Virus record (IMG/VR): IMGVR_UViG_3300011116_001229 | Direction: 5' to 3' (one strand) | DNA: 64,000 nt | DNA from: a virus | Lineage: Duplodnaviria; Caudoviricetes | In this document: positions 47,997 through 55,680 of the stretch, one piece after another | How positions within the stretch are numbered: the first letter of the stretch is position 1 | Layout: the number at the start of each line of letters is the position of its first letter | Notes under the pieces: generated by a model | What the model was told of the DNA's origin: nothing | The model's database searches: none | What the model saw: only the letters and a program-made list of their open reading frames with translations | Program-made: the position numbers and the translations under genes

Positions 47997-48444
47997 TATG
48001 TACGAGATTGGTCAAGTTTTATTTGTTGTTCTTGCGAGCAAGCAGCAGATATTTCCCATGCAAGTGGTTGAAACTGTCACAAAGAAGACTTTAGAAGGTG
48101 AAGAAGTCAAATATTGTCTTCAGGCAGGATCAGACAAGTCTACAAAAATTATGCTTGATCAATTAGAAGGTGAAGTCTTTATTTCTGCAGAAGAAGCTAG
48201 AAGCACGCTTGTAGAGAGAGCAACTTCTCAAATTAATGCTCTTGTTGCTGCCGCAGAGAAAAAAGCAAGAGTCTGGTATTCGACAGAAACTGAACAAAAC
48301 AAGATTGATACACGATCATTTATGAAGCAGACTGAAGAACTAAAAGTTTCTTATTTAGACGAAGATGACCAAGAAGAAAGCATGGTCGTTTTACCTGATG
48401 GGCAAGTAGCAAAAATTAAAATGCCAGTTGATAAAGCTGTCTAA
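47983..48444 (+). CDS. Hypothetical protein
   Basis: 153-aa coupled ORF. Confidence 0.65.
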   Translation: MMRNNMYEIGQVLFVVLASKQQIFPMQVVETVTKKTLEGEEVKYCLQAGSDKSTKIMLDQLEGEVFISAEEARSTLVERATSQINALVAAAEKKARVWYSTETEQNKIDTRSFMKQTEELKVSYLDEDDQEESMVVLPDGQVAKIKMPVDKAV

Positions 48445-48461
48445 AAAGATAGTTATCAACT

Positions 48462-48980
48462 ATGAAGATAACAATTAATGCCTTGAAGACTCTTGTCAGA
48501 GAGTCGCTAGATACCACGAGGATCATAAAAGAAAGACCATGGGCTGTTGAACATGAATTTTCTTTAGGCTCAGGAAAAGCTGAGGACTCTGAGGGTGTTG
48601 CACCCGATGGTTTTGCGATTGTTCTCAAGGGCGAATCGGGTAAAACAGTACGTGTTATTGTTGACACTTACTGGAATCCGCAATCAGGCGACAAATCAGG
48701 AAATTCTTTGAAGATTGAAATAGACGGTCAGCAACCTGCTGCTGCAGAGACTTACGTCCCGGTCAGATTTGACACAGGCACCAAACAAAAAATAATCATT
48801 TCAAACTCTCCTCTTTCTGGACTGCTTACAGTAGCACACGCTGCTGACCTCAAGGCTGTGCCTATTGTATTATTAGCGGTAAAAAATCCATTTGATATTG
48901 ACGAAGATATTGAATTTGATACAAAGAATTTAGGCAATGGTGAATTCAAAGCCGATGTTGTGAGATTTTCATCAATCTAG
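48462..48980 (+). CDS. Legume-lectin/ConA-like domain behind the shared N-terminal motif
   Basis: PDGFAIVL and VIVDTYWN resemble the L-lectin ADG.AF and VEFDT.N motifs. Confidence 0.55.
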   Translation: MKITINALKTLVRESLDTTRIIKERPWAVEHEFSLGSGKAEDSEGVAPDGFAIVLKGESGKTVRVIVDTYWNPQSGDKSGNSLKIEIDGQQPAAAETYVPVRFDTGTKQKIIISNSPLSGLLTVAHAADLKAVPIVLLAVKNPFDIDEDIEFDTKNLGNGEFKADVVRFSSI

Positions 48981-48985
48981 AACAT

Positions 48986-49015
48986 TTGCAAAATTGCGCC
49001 CAGATGTGGTAAAGT
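48986..49015 (+). promoter_or_regulatory. Sigma70-type promoter with extended -10
   Basis: TTGCAA-N18-TAAAGT with TG at 49007-49008; ATG 7 nt downstream. Confidence 0.6.
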
Positions 49016-49022
49016 TTATTAC

Positions 49023-49607
49023 ATGGGAATAGGAAAAATTGACCTCTGCGAAGCTAAGTTAATCGCAGAAAAAGTTCTCAGTCACATCGCACCTTCAATG
49101 AGTCGGGTTGAAGTAGCTGGATCTATTCGCCGTCGAAAAGCAATCGTTGGCGATATTGAAATTTGTGGCATCCCAGGAGACAGAGAAAAACTCATTAAAT
49201 TGCTGGGTGATGTTGGTCAACACATTAAACCCGGTGTACCTGGAGTGGTTCCATGGGAACCGAAGACCACTGCCAAGTATCTTCGAGTACGCCTTCAAGA
49301 AGACATGAATCTTGATGTGTTCTTGGCAACTCCTCAGAACTGGGGTGGTCTGTACATGATGCGGACCGGCAGCGGCGCAAGTCCTGATGGAAACACTTTT
49401 CATGGCTTCATTCCTGGTATCTTTGGACGATGGAAGAAGATGTCCGGCGGCGGCCGCATGACCGACTGCATGCCTACTATGCCGTCCGGGGAACAACTTT
49501 GGGTCCCTGAAGAGCAGGACTTCTTTGATCTTTTGGAGATGAATTTTGTCCCTCCTGAGCAGCGCATCACAAAAGGCGCCATTAAGAAACATGTCAAGGT
49601 GGCTTAA
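49023..49607 (+). CDS. Minimal family X DNA polymerase
   Basis: VAGSIRR....GDIEI, LDVF, RTGS; no 8-kDa or PHP domain. Confidence 0.8.
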   Translation: MGIGKIDLCEAKLIAEKVLSHIAPSMSRVEVAGSIRRRKAIVGDIEICGIPGDREKLIKLLGDVGQHIKPGVPGVVPWEPKTTAKYLRVRLQEDMNLDVFLATPQNWGGLYMMRTGSGASPDGNTFHGFIPGIFGRWKKMSGGGRMTDCMPTMPSGEQLWVPEEQDFFDLLEMNFVPPEQRITKGAIKKHVKVA

Positions 49608-49634
49608 AATTAGAGTCACAGCATAATTGTAGCT

Positions 49635-49904
49635 GTGGTCATAGAGAACTTAACAGTGGGTGCGCTAGTCATACCTAGAGTACCCACGCAACTATTTTCA
49701 AGTCTTTTCAAGAACTCTGCCGACGGTGCTGTGTTCGCCCCAGATCCGAGCGTATTTGTGTGGGAGCCGCCCGAGATGGCTGTAGTCGTCGAGGTATTTG
49801 AGATGCCGTTCGACAGAAAAAAGCTTTACAGAGTCTTATTGAATCGAGGCGGAGTAGGCTGGGTGTGGGACGATAAACTTCTCTCTGTCTACAAGGAAAG
49901 CTAG
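49635..49904 (+). CDS. Small beta-barrel-like hypothetical protein
   Basis: GTG start; YRVLL..GG.GWV, similar to 51333-51605. Confidence 0.5.
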   Translation: MVIENLTVGALVIPRVPTQLFSSLFKNSADGAVFAPDPSVFVWEPPEMAVVVEVFEMPFDRKKLYRVLLNRGGVGWVWDDKLLSVYKES

Positions 49905-49905
49905 C

Positions 49906-50487
49906 GTGAAGGTCCGAAATAGTAGCAGAAAGATCAAAAGCCTTGAGTATTCGATAGCACATCTGAAGCTTGAACTTGAAGAATTATCTGAAGAGATGCA
50001 AAATTATGTCGCAGACTTCACAAAAAGTCTGTACGAAACTGCTGACTTCAATGAAGAACATAACAAATTAGCAGACACATCTGAGAACGTAAATGAATTT
50101 GTGCAACTATCAGATATGCCTGTTCTACCAGATGACCTTAGAAAACTGTGGAAAAAAATAGCATTAATTACACACCCAGATAAAACTGGAAATAATCCAA
50201 GACTCACGAGATTATATAGAAGGGCATCTGATGCCGTAAAGACATCTTCTGCACAAGAATTAGTGCAGATTGCAGTTGAACTTGGTATAGAATCACCGAC
50301 TATCAACAGGGAAATCACACTAGCTGCGTTAATAGAATTGCAGGCGAATCTTTCTACAAAGCTTTTGTCTCTTCAAAATTCAACTTTGATAAAGTGGGGT
50401 AGATCGCAAAACGAAGAAGAGAAAAAGTTCATCATGGATTTTTACATCTCTTCAAAGGGATATAAGAACCGCGGTTGCAACAGTTAG
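49906..50487 (+). CDS. J-domain-like protein
   Basis: LRKLWKKIALITHPDK (helix-HPD) followed by L..LY..A..A. Confidence 0.65.
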   Translation: MKVRNSSRKIKSLEYSIAHLKLELEELSEEMQNYVADFTKSLYETADFNEEHNKLADTSENVNEFVQLSDMPVLPDDLRKLWKKIALITHPDKTGNNPRLTRLYRRASDAVKTSSAQELVQIAVELGIESPTINREITLAALIELQANLSTKLLSLQNSTLIKWGRSQNEEEKKFIMDFYISSKGYKNRGCNS

Positions 50488-50504
50488 CGAACACGTGATA
50501 GAGT
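50475..50504 (+). promoter_or_regulatory. Sigma70-type promoter with extended -10
   Basis: TTGCAA-N18-TAGAGT with TG at 50496-50497; ATG 6 nt downstream. Confidence 0.6.
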
Positions 50505-50510
50505 ATAAAC

Positions 50511-51344
50511 ATGACGATTCTTTGTATCGACTTCATGAATCAGTGTCACCGAGCTCGTAGCGGTTTTAAGCTAGGCCCAGCTCCTGTGGTCTTCAACTTC
50601 TTTCGACAGTTTAAAGCTCTCGTTGAGGAGTTCAAGCCGAATCGGGTCTATGTTGTTCTCGAAGGTCGACCTGTAAAGAGGCACGAAGCTCTTGCAGAGT
50701 ACAAGGCAAATCGAGTCATCTCAGAAGATGATCCTCGACGTGAAGAACTCTTGAAATTCTTTGCTCAAAAAGACGTTATTGTAGATCTTCTCACCAAGCA
50801 TTTTCCTGTATCGGTCGTGAGGCATCCCACGTCTGAGTGCGATGATACCATCGCGAATCTCGTGCGCAGATCCTCTACAGCGATCCCGTGGGTGATCGCA
50901 TCCTCAGACACAGACTTCATCCAGCTCTTACAAGAGCGAGACAACTTGAGACTCTACAATCCTGTTCGAAAGGAATTTGTGGAAGCTCCTGACTATCCAT
51001 ACGTGACATGGAAAGCTCTTCGAGGTGACGCAACTGACAACATACCAGGAATTCCAGGCGTAGGTGATAAAACTGCAGAAAAGTTGGCGTCAGATCCGGA
51101 CCTTCTTTCAGCATTTCTTAATAAGCCGGAAATAGCGCCAATATTTGAAAGAAACTACGAGCTCATTAGTTTTATGGAATGGTCTGATGAAGACAGGAGC
51201 TTGATGACGTCATCGACTCCCGCTAAAGACTGGCAAACGGTCAAGTCAGTCTTTGAGAATTATGGATTTAGTTCCATTGTGAAAGATGAATCATGGTCTA
51301 AATTTGTAAAAACGTTCGATGTGCTCTGGGGTTTAGGTGAGTGA
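50511..51344 (+). CDS. Second 5'-3' exonuclease/flap endonuclease
   Basis: IDFMN, YKANR, ECDD, SSDTD, GDATDNIPGIPGVGDKTA. Confidence 0.9.
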   Translation: MTILCIDFMNQCHRARSGFKLGPAPVVFNFFRQFKALVEEFKPNRVYVVLEGRPVKRHEALAEYKANRVISEDDPRREELLKFFAQKDVIVDLLTKHFPVSVVRHPTSECDDTIANLVRRSSTAIPWVIASSDTDFIQLLQERDNLRLYNPVRKEFVEAPDYPYVTWKALRGDATDNIPGIPGVGDKTAEKLASDPDLLSAFLNKPEIAPIFERNYELISFMEWSDEDRSLMTSSTPAKDWQTVKSVFENYGFSSIVKDESWSKFVKTFDVLWGLGE

Positions 51345-51605
51345 AAGGGGCTGCAACCAGCCTGCTCCAATCCAGCCAGACTGACCAGAAGACGAAAGAA
51401 CTCTGTAGGCACCTTGTGACCATTCTTCGGACGTAGCTTTCCCAAAATCAAAAGTCATTTCTCTATACTCTAAAATTAGTAGTAATTCTTCAGGTTGGGC
51501 GCTACCTTGAGGTTCGTCAAGGCTGCATTCAAGTGATGACCACAATATCAATTGGTCAGCATCAATATTACTAATCGCGAGTTGGCCCGGTCTCAACAAT
51601 AGCAT
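51333..51605 (-). CDS. Small beta-barrel-like hypothetical protein
   Basis: YRVLSSSGQSGWI, similar to 49635-49904. Confidence 0.55.
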   Translation of the reverse strand: MLLLRPGQLAISNIDADQLILWSSLECSLDEPQGSAQPEELLLILEYREMTFDFGKATSEEWSQGAYRVLSSSGQSGWIGAGWLQPLSLT

Positions 51606-51676
51606 AGCATTTTTTCTTCATTGTATGCGCTTTTCCTAAATTGTTCATGTAGAATATTTAGAAAGAAAGAGGAATT

Positions 51677-52222
51677 ATGTTGACTAGCAACGAATATGAA
51701 TTATTAGTACTCGAAGTAAAGAAAGAATTCCCAGATTTTTTAATCTTGCCAAAAGACAAATCTGCGCTCATGAAGTTCATCGATGTTTCATTAATGATGA
51801 TTACATTTGGGCAAATGAAGAACTTCATGACAGGATTTATTACCACAATTGGCAACAAAGTGTACGTTCCTGATTCTTGGGATAAACATACATTTTCTAG
51901 CAAAGCAGAAATTATTCGTCACGAACGCATCCATATGCGTCAGTCCCGCAAATACGGGCGTCTTCTCTTTTCTTTTCTCTACCTCGCATGTCCGTTTCCT
52001 GTCGGCATTGCATACTTTCGCAAGAAGTTTGAACAGGAAGCATATGAAGAAAGCCTTAGAGCTCTATATGAGTACCACGGTGAAAAAATCTTTACAGCTA
52101 GCTTAAAGCAAGGAATTCTTTCTCACTTCACTTCGGCTCAATATTTCTGGATGTGGCCTTGGAGAAAAGACCTTGAAAAGTGGTACGACTCAGCAGTAGA
52201 AAAAGTCAAGTCAAAGACCTAA
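51677..52222 (+). CDS. HExxH zincin-like metallopeptidase
   Basis: IIRHERIH followed by FEQEA; TATTTA and GAGG upstream. Confidence 0.65.
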   Translation: MLTSNEYELLVLEVKKEFPDFLILPKDKSALMKFIDVSLMMITFGQMKNFMTGFITTIGNKVYVPDSWDKHTFSSKAEIIRHERIHMRQSRKYGRLLFSFLYLACPFPVGIAYFRKKFEQEAYEESLRALYEYHGEKIFTASLKQGILSHFTSAQYFWMWPWRKDLEKWYDSAVEKVKSKT

Positions 52223-52456
52223 TCTATCTTTCACGAGACACTTAGGGCAAGGTATTCTACCCCATTGAATGTTGTCTGAACTCATCATTCGATGGTATGG
52301 ATCCCCAATTAGTTTTAGCCACATCTTCAAAGCAGCAGGAGTCAATTGCGAAAGATCAGATAATCTACCCCAGAGCACAGAAAAAAATGCAACACAGCAT
52401 GCTGGATAACCTTCTCTCTTGCCACTTAATATGTCATACCTGATTCTTCTCAGCAT
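52211..52456 (-). CDS. Small Cys-containing hypothetical protein
   Basis: GYPACC...F and PCPKC; ATG at 52456. Confidence 0.5.
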   Translation of the reverse strand: MLRRIRYDILSGKREGYPACCVAFFSVLWGRLSDLSQLTPAALKMWLKLIGDPYHRMMSSDNIQWGRIPCPKCLVKDRLGL

Positions 52457-52481
52457 GATCTGAATACTTATATGAAGTTTT

Positions 52482-52829
52482 ATGATGTATAAAATTTCAG
52501 AAGGCTTTGCACAAAAAATGCTTAGAGAAGGCTGGTTTGACAAGCTGGCTTCTTTCTTTAAAAAGGGAAGATCCTCTTCCTCTGCCTCAAAAAAAATAGC
52601 TGATGCCTGGATTGCTGAAAAAGAAATTGATATTGGCGAAGACTTGTCAGATGAGACAAGAGAACAAATTTATCAATTTGTTGAAAGCAGATATGAAAGA
52701 GCGCTTAAAGTTTATGAGGACAGCGATAACCCTGTTAGAAAAGCTGTTTTTGCTATTGTAAGATTGCTTGACAAGAAGATAGGACCAATTGTTGACAGAT
52801 CTTATAGCAATCAAATTGATCAATACTGA
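52482..52829 (+). CDS. Hypothetical protein
   Basis: TACTTA at 52465; MLREG motif. Confidence 0.6.
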   Translation: MMYKISEGFAQKMLREGWFDKLASFFKKGRSSSSASKKIADAWIAEKEIDIGEDLSDETREQIYQFVESRYERALKVYEDSDNPVRKAVFAIVRLLDKKIGPIVDRSYSNQIDQY

Positions 52830-52868
52830 GTCTTATTTGCGTGTTACAATGTTCTCTCAAGAGGCATT

Positions 52869-53924
52869 GTGAAAAGATATCCCGGTTTTCTTAAAGATCT
52901 ACAACAACAGTTAGAAGGCTTGCCGCAAGAAACGCTTTCAAGAGTTTCTAGGCATGGTGGTCTAGATCTTCATGATCTAATTTCATTGCTGCTTGAACCG
53001 CAAGACTTTACTGTTGATTGTCCTGACGTTCTTTCGCAAGATGAAATATTCCATTATGCAGAGATAAAATCCTCAGAGACAGGTAGAAAACTAATTCTTG
53101 ATGACGAGGTTGCTTTTTGCATTTTAGCAGGCGGCGCAGGCACAAGAATTGGTGGTCCTAAATGCTTGCTGAGCATCGGTGATGGTGAAACTCTTCTGTC
53201 AAGAAAAATTAGACAGGCTGGTGTTTTAAAAAATATCTGGGTGATAGTAAGCCCAGACCTAAAATCACACGTACGTGAGCACTTGACTGAAAGAGGTCTA
53301 TTTTCAGATAATATAAAAATTATTGAGCAGTTTGAATCTGTTCGACTCACTCCAAGCAATCAATTGTTTTTAATGAACAATCAGGCAAGTTTATACCCAT
53401 GCGGACACGGGGATGTCGTTCCTGCCTTAATACAGAGTGAAGTTCTACAAAAATTCAATGAGAACGGCGGTAAACACGTTTACGTAGCAAATGTTGATAA
53501 TTTTTCTGCAAGCATCGATCCTGATATATTGGGTCTTCATCATGAAAACAAAGTGCCAGTTACCTGTGAAGTTGTTGCACGAAATTCAAATGATAGCGGA
53601 GGCTTTTTGTGCAAGCACATGGGCATCTCACAGATTGTAGAAGGATTTAGAATGTCTTCTGTCACTGATCAAACAAAGTTTACCCATATAAACACAAACA
53701 CGATGATTTTTCAGGCAAACCTTGACTTCAATGCTATTGCTTGGTCGTGGCACAGAGTCAAGAAAAATTATAATGGTAATCTAGTCATTCAGTATGAAAG
53801 ATTGCTTCAGCAGCTAACAGCTCATTTTAAGACTCAATTTGTAGAAGTTGAGAGAGAAAGAAGATTTGCGCCGATAAAGAGCGCGTCAGATCTTGATACT
53901 ATAAAGAAAAATGATTCCCCCTAG
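52869..53924 (+). CDS. UDP-sugar pyrophosphorylase (UDPGP/UAP family)
   Basis: LAGGAGTR.G.PK, PCGHGDV, NVDN, NTNT, RFAPIK. Confidence 0.85.
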   Translation: MKRYPGFLKDLQQQLEGLPQETLSRVSRHGGLDLHDLISLLLEPQDFTVDCPDVLSQDEIFHYAEIKSSETGRKLILDDEVAFCILAGGAGTRIGGPKCLLSIGDGETLLSRKIRQAGVLKNIWVIVSPDLKSHVREHLTERGLFSDNIKIIEQFESVRLTPSNQLFLMNNQASLYPCGHGDVVPALIQSEVLQKFNENGGKHVYVANVDNFSASIDPDILGLHHENKVPVTCEVVARNSNDSGGFLCKHMGISQIVEGFRMSSVTDQTKFTHINTNTMIFQANLDFNAIAWSWHRVKKNYNGNLVIQYERLLQQLTAHFKTQFVEVERERRFAPIKSASDLDTIKKNDSP

Positions 53925-54327
53925 GTCGCCTTATTGTCTTATACAAGAAGATCTGTGGCCTGACAAGTGGAAGATGCTTGTGTCTTGTGTTCTTCTTAAT
54001 AGAACAGCGAGAAAGCAAGTTGAAAGAATTTTACCTCAGCTTTTTGCATTGTGGCCGTCAGCAATTGACATGGCTCAGTGTGACCCTGCGCTGTTAGCCT
54101 CTGTTATATCTCCTTTGGGCTTTAAGAATAGACGGGCTGTTACACTCATCAATTTATCAAAGAATTTTCTAATGACAAATTGGAATCACGCTAGTGAATT
54201 ACCCGGCATTGGACAATACGGTTCAGCGGTTTGGGACATATTCGTACTTAATAAAATACCAGATCAACCACCAAACGATCATGCTTTGGTTTGGTATTAT
54301 AACTGGAGATTACAGAATGACCATTAA
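53911..54327 (+). CDS. MBD4-like HhH-GPD mismatch DNA glycosylase
   Basis: WKMLVSCVLLNRT, PLGF...R, LPGIGQYG, P.DH.L..Y. Confidence 0.85.
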   Translation: MIPPRSPYCLIQEDLWPDKWKMLVSCVLLNRTARKQVERILPQLFALWPSAIDMAQCDPALLASVISPLGFKNRRAVTLINLSKNFLMTNWNHASELPGIGQYGSAVWDIFVLNKIPDQPPNDHALVWYYNWRLQNDH

Positions 54328-54622
54328 AAGAAAAGAAGTAGTTAAAGAAAAGAAAGAGAAAGCGCCAAGAAAGCCGCGCCCAAGGAAAGTCGACGCTCAA
54401 ATTCTACAAGACGCCATAGTTGAAGGCAAGTGGACTGTAGCTGTTGGCCAAGACTTTCTTGTGTCTAAGAAAGTTAGCGGAAGGCAGACGCAGTCAATTT
54501 GTACTTTTAAAGAAATGCTCAATGAAAAAACAGTAAATGCTTGGGACAAGTCTCTTGAGCGATGGTTTGCTTTTAATATTGACGATCTAGAAAAGTTTGG
54601 AATTGTCGTAAAGAAGTTCTGA
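54317..54622 (+). CDS. Hypothetical basic protein
   Basis: ATG at 54317 overlaps the upstream gene end and follows GGAG. Confidence 0.6.
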   Translation: MTIKRKEVVKEKKEKAPRKPRPRKVDAQILQDAIVEGKWTVAVGQDFLVSKKVSGRQTQSICTFKEMLNEKTVNAWDKSLERWFAFNIDDLEKFGIVVKKF

Positions 54623-54639
54623 TGTGCCTTATTTAGAAT

Positions 54640-54747
54640 ATGAACTTTCGTGGTATCATAGTATCCATTTTGTTGCTGACGCCATGGACCTTTGTGATAC
54701 CGGGTGCTATCTACGCATATAGATACCTTAAAAACAGAAATAAATAA
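54640..54747 (+). CDS. 35-aa hydrophobic micro-protein (absent from the ORF track)
   Basis: MNFRGIIVSILLLTPWTFVIPGAIYAYRYLKNRNK; TATTTA at 54630; terminator directly after. Confidence 0.55.
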   Translation: MNFRGIIVSILLLTPWTFVIPGAIYAYRYLKNRNK

Positions 54748-54777
54748 AGGCCGATGTTTTCCACCGGCCTTATTTAT
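54741..54777. terminator. Bidirectional terminator between convergent genes
   Basis: AGGCCG-atgttttccac-CGGCCT core with AAATAA and TATTTAT flanks. Confidence 0.75.
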
Positions 54778-54783
54778 CCTGAT

Positions 54784-55596
54784 TTATTTAGAAGAGTTTT
54801 CTTGAGGTTGTTGTTCTAACAACCTTCGTTTTTCTTCACGATTTTTAGCTTGAGTCTTGCGTCTTTTTTCAATCGTTTCTTGAGAAGGAGAAGGTCTGGG
54901 CTTTCCCTTTTGGGATTCTGACATTCTTTTTTTCGTTTCTTCTGAACGTTTTCTTCCTTTACTAACGGCAGATAACTTTTGCCTCGTTTCTTCTGAAACT
55001 GGCTTTTTATTCTCTGCTATCTTTTTCTTTTGTTCTTCCGTAAGCTTCCACTTTCTTCTGGCTTCAGAAAGCTTTCTTCGATGTTCTTCTGATTTAGGAC
55101 CGGTATTTTTCCCCTTCATAGACTCAGACATTTTGCGAAGTGTTTCTTCAGAATGAGGTGGAGGTTTTTTGCCTTTGTTGACTTCCCGAAGCTTTTGTTT
55201 ATGTTCTTCAGAAAGATGTTTGCCACGGAATGAAGAACCTCGTATATAACGTTGTTCATCTGAAAGATTTGAATTTGCTTCTTTTATCTTTTGTATTGTT
55301 TCAGTTGAAAACTCAAAATGATCGCCGCCAGACGTTAGGTTATAACCTCGTTTAAAAGAATCGAATCTTTCTATCCATACACGTTCTCGTTCATTTGTAA
55401 CTTCATCTTCACACTCTTCTATTATTTCGAATGTAAAGTTTTCTTTACCGTATTTTCTAATAGCAGCGTGAAATTTATATCCTGTTCCTTTTAACGCTTC
55501 ACAAAGATGACCCCTTACTCTTTTGTTAAAATCTTTTGTTTGTCCTACATAACATTTACCATCTAACAAATTTTTTGCCAAATAAATAAACCGCAT
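54784..55596 (-). mobile_element. GIY-YIG homing endonuclease with NUMOD3 repeats
   Basis: FIY...N...K.YVGQT, R...H, E; repeated (H/V)SEET/H..K.S units. Confidence 0.88.
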
Positions 55597-55680
55597 ACAA
55601 TTAAGTATACGGCTTATTTAAAGTTAGCAACTAGTAATATAAGGTAAATTATTGCAAAGTGTCTAAATAGTTGAAATCAT

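Noticed and set aside
54770-54783. Possible orphan prkA 3' end after the minus-strand GIY-YIG gene (CAG GAT AAA TAA)
   Set aside because: Only three codons; not distinguishable from chance.
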